From positions 432,934-496,933 of the forward strand of contig CAVSRR010000006.1 in the NCBI GenBank assembly GCA_963730465.1: a stretch of 64,000 nucleotides of DNA, written 5' to 3'. Source of the DNA: an uncultured beta proteobacterium. Its GTDB lineage: Bacteria > Pseudomonadota > Gammaproteobacteria > Burkholderiales > Casimicrobiaceae. The position numbers were made by a program, and so were the translations under genes. Below, piece after piece: positions 63,106 to 64,000 of the stretch; within the stretch, counting starts at the first letter, position 1, and every line of letters starts with the position of its first letter. Under the pieces are notes generated by a model that was not told the origin of the DNA, ran no database searches, and was given only the letters and a program-made list of their open reading frames with translations.

Positions 63106-63615
63106 CTAGAGTGCGAGCTCCATGAACACGAGCCAGCCTTTCATCGCTGCAGGAAGATCATAGTACGGCTCGATCGTCTTGAAACCCAGGCGATGATACA
63201 GCCCTATCGCCGCGTCCTGGCGAACGCTCGTGTCCAGGCGCATGACTCGATAGTGCAGCGCTCTGGCTTCGTCGAGCAGTGAATCCGCCAACGCGCGGCC
63301 GACGCCTTTGCCGTGAAACTCGGGATAGACGAACATCCGCTTCATCTCGCAGGAAGCCGGAGTCGATCTCGCGCAGCGCCACGCAACCCGCGGGCGCGCC
63401 ATTCCACGTGGCAAGCAGCAATTGGCCGCGAGGAGGTGCGTACTCGCCGGGCAGCGACGCGAGCTCCTGCTCGAACGCGCGCGCGTCAAAATACGCATCG
63501 ATAAGATGCAGGTCCTCGCGATGCCGCTCTCGATGCCAGGTGACGAATGATCGCATCAGCGACCGAACCTGGTCGAGCTGCTCGTGGTCGTCGGAACTTG
63601 AACGGTGGCGAGCAT
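63106..63615 (-). CDS. GNAT family N-acetyltransferase, about 2 frame breaks
   Basis: FEQELASLPGEYAPPRGQLLLATWNGAPAGCVALREI, then CEMKRMFVYPEFHGKGVGRALADSLLDEARALHYRVMRLDTS...AIGLYHRLGF. ATG 63615 is tentative. Confidence 0.75.
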
Positions 63616-63687
63616 CGAAGTGTTTGTTCTGGAGATCGCGCGTGACAGTCTTAGCCAGACGTCCGTGTAGAGATGATGCTCAGCACA

Positions 63688-63986
63688 TCAGGCGCCTTCA
63701 AGTGTGAACAGCATGTCGAGATCGCTCGTGCACTGCTTGCGAAGCGCAATAAGGGGACGATACTCGGGCGAGTTGTACCAAGCCATTGAGGGCATCCATG
63801 TCCGGAAACTCGATGATAACAACTCGCTCCGGTTTCCAGTGCCCGCCCTCGGGTAGCTTGTGGCTTCCACCTTTGGTCAGGTAGCGACCGCCATGCTTGG
63901 CGATCATCGGTCCGACCTCGGCTTCTGTATTCGTCGAATTTGGCCGCGTCGGTGATGATGTGCTCTACGATCAGATAGGCCGGCAT
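63688..63986 (-). CDS. DUF1330 domain protein, about 2 frame breaks
   Basis: MPAYLIVEHIITDAAKFDEY; MIAKHGGRYLTKGGSHKLPEGGHWKPERVVIIEFPDMDALNG; WYNSPEYRPLIALRKQCTSDLDMLFTLEGA-stop at 63688. Confidence 0.75.
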
Positions 63987-64000
63987 TGATGGCTGCTCCT

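Noticed and set aside
25838-63615. GNAT toxin-antitoxin modules (TacT/AtaT/KacT-like)
   Set aside because: None of the GNAT genes is preceded by a small RHH/DUF1778-type antitoxin ORF. Their neighbours are unrelated enzymes.
25838-64000. Chromosomal integron cassette array (co-oriented small genes rich in GNAT, glyoxalase and DUF functions)
   Set aside because: I inspected roughly a dozen of the intergenic gaps (e.g. 28642-28705, 30979-31044, 44191-44300, 50608-50717, 51418-51501, 56675-56785, 57801-57912) for RYYYAAC...GTTRRRY cores with internal imperfect inverted repeats. I found no recurring attC-like structure. Many neighbours are separated by under 30 nt or overlap. No intI or attI lies in the window. 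The hypothesis stays open only because the upstream end of the array lies beyond 64 kb, so a proper attC covariance-model scan is still worthwhile.

Overview
GC-rich bacterial chromosome segment (mid-60s % GC by eye, not computed). Gene order points to a beta-proteobacterium of Burkholderiales type: fur-bamE-dapB, carA-carB-greA-yhbY, divergent rpsT/murJ, argG/argF and a Bug/TctC receptor.

Positions 1-25.8 kb are housekeeping. They hold leuA with a Leu-rich leader ORF, malate synthase A, a rubrerythrin / HdrD-like Fe-S protein / DUF3501 trio, yajQ, argG, argF, rpsT, murJ, fur, bamE, dapB, carAB with a GST gene coupled between the two subunits, greA and yhbY.

From yhbY to the window end (25.3-64 kb) every gene I can support, about 65, lies on the minus strand. 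This is a tightly packed run of small, unrelated accessory genes: 9 GNAT acetyltransferases, 3 GFA, 3 SnoaL/NTF2, 2 VOC/glyoxalase, 2 cupins, a GST, a LanC-like protein, a SUKH/SMI1 protein and many DUFs. A protease-MoxR-DUF58-VWA operon is embedded in it. I saw no integrase, transposase, tRNA, rRNA or CRISPR array.

The strongest unexplained signal is three head-to-tail copies of a 119-bp element (19012-19368) upstream of the carA promoter. It is hairpin-rich, and one stem carries a compensatory double substitution.

Caveat: roughly 60 single-nucleotide frame breaks interrupt about 40 genes, including rpsT, murJ, dapB, argG and carB. They are clustered, and consensus indel error is more likely than true pseudogenisation. 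Coordinates of frameshifted genes are reconstructions across frames. Family names come from motif recognition by eye, not from searches.
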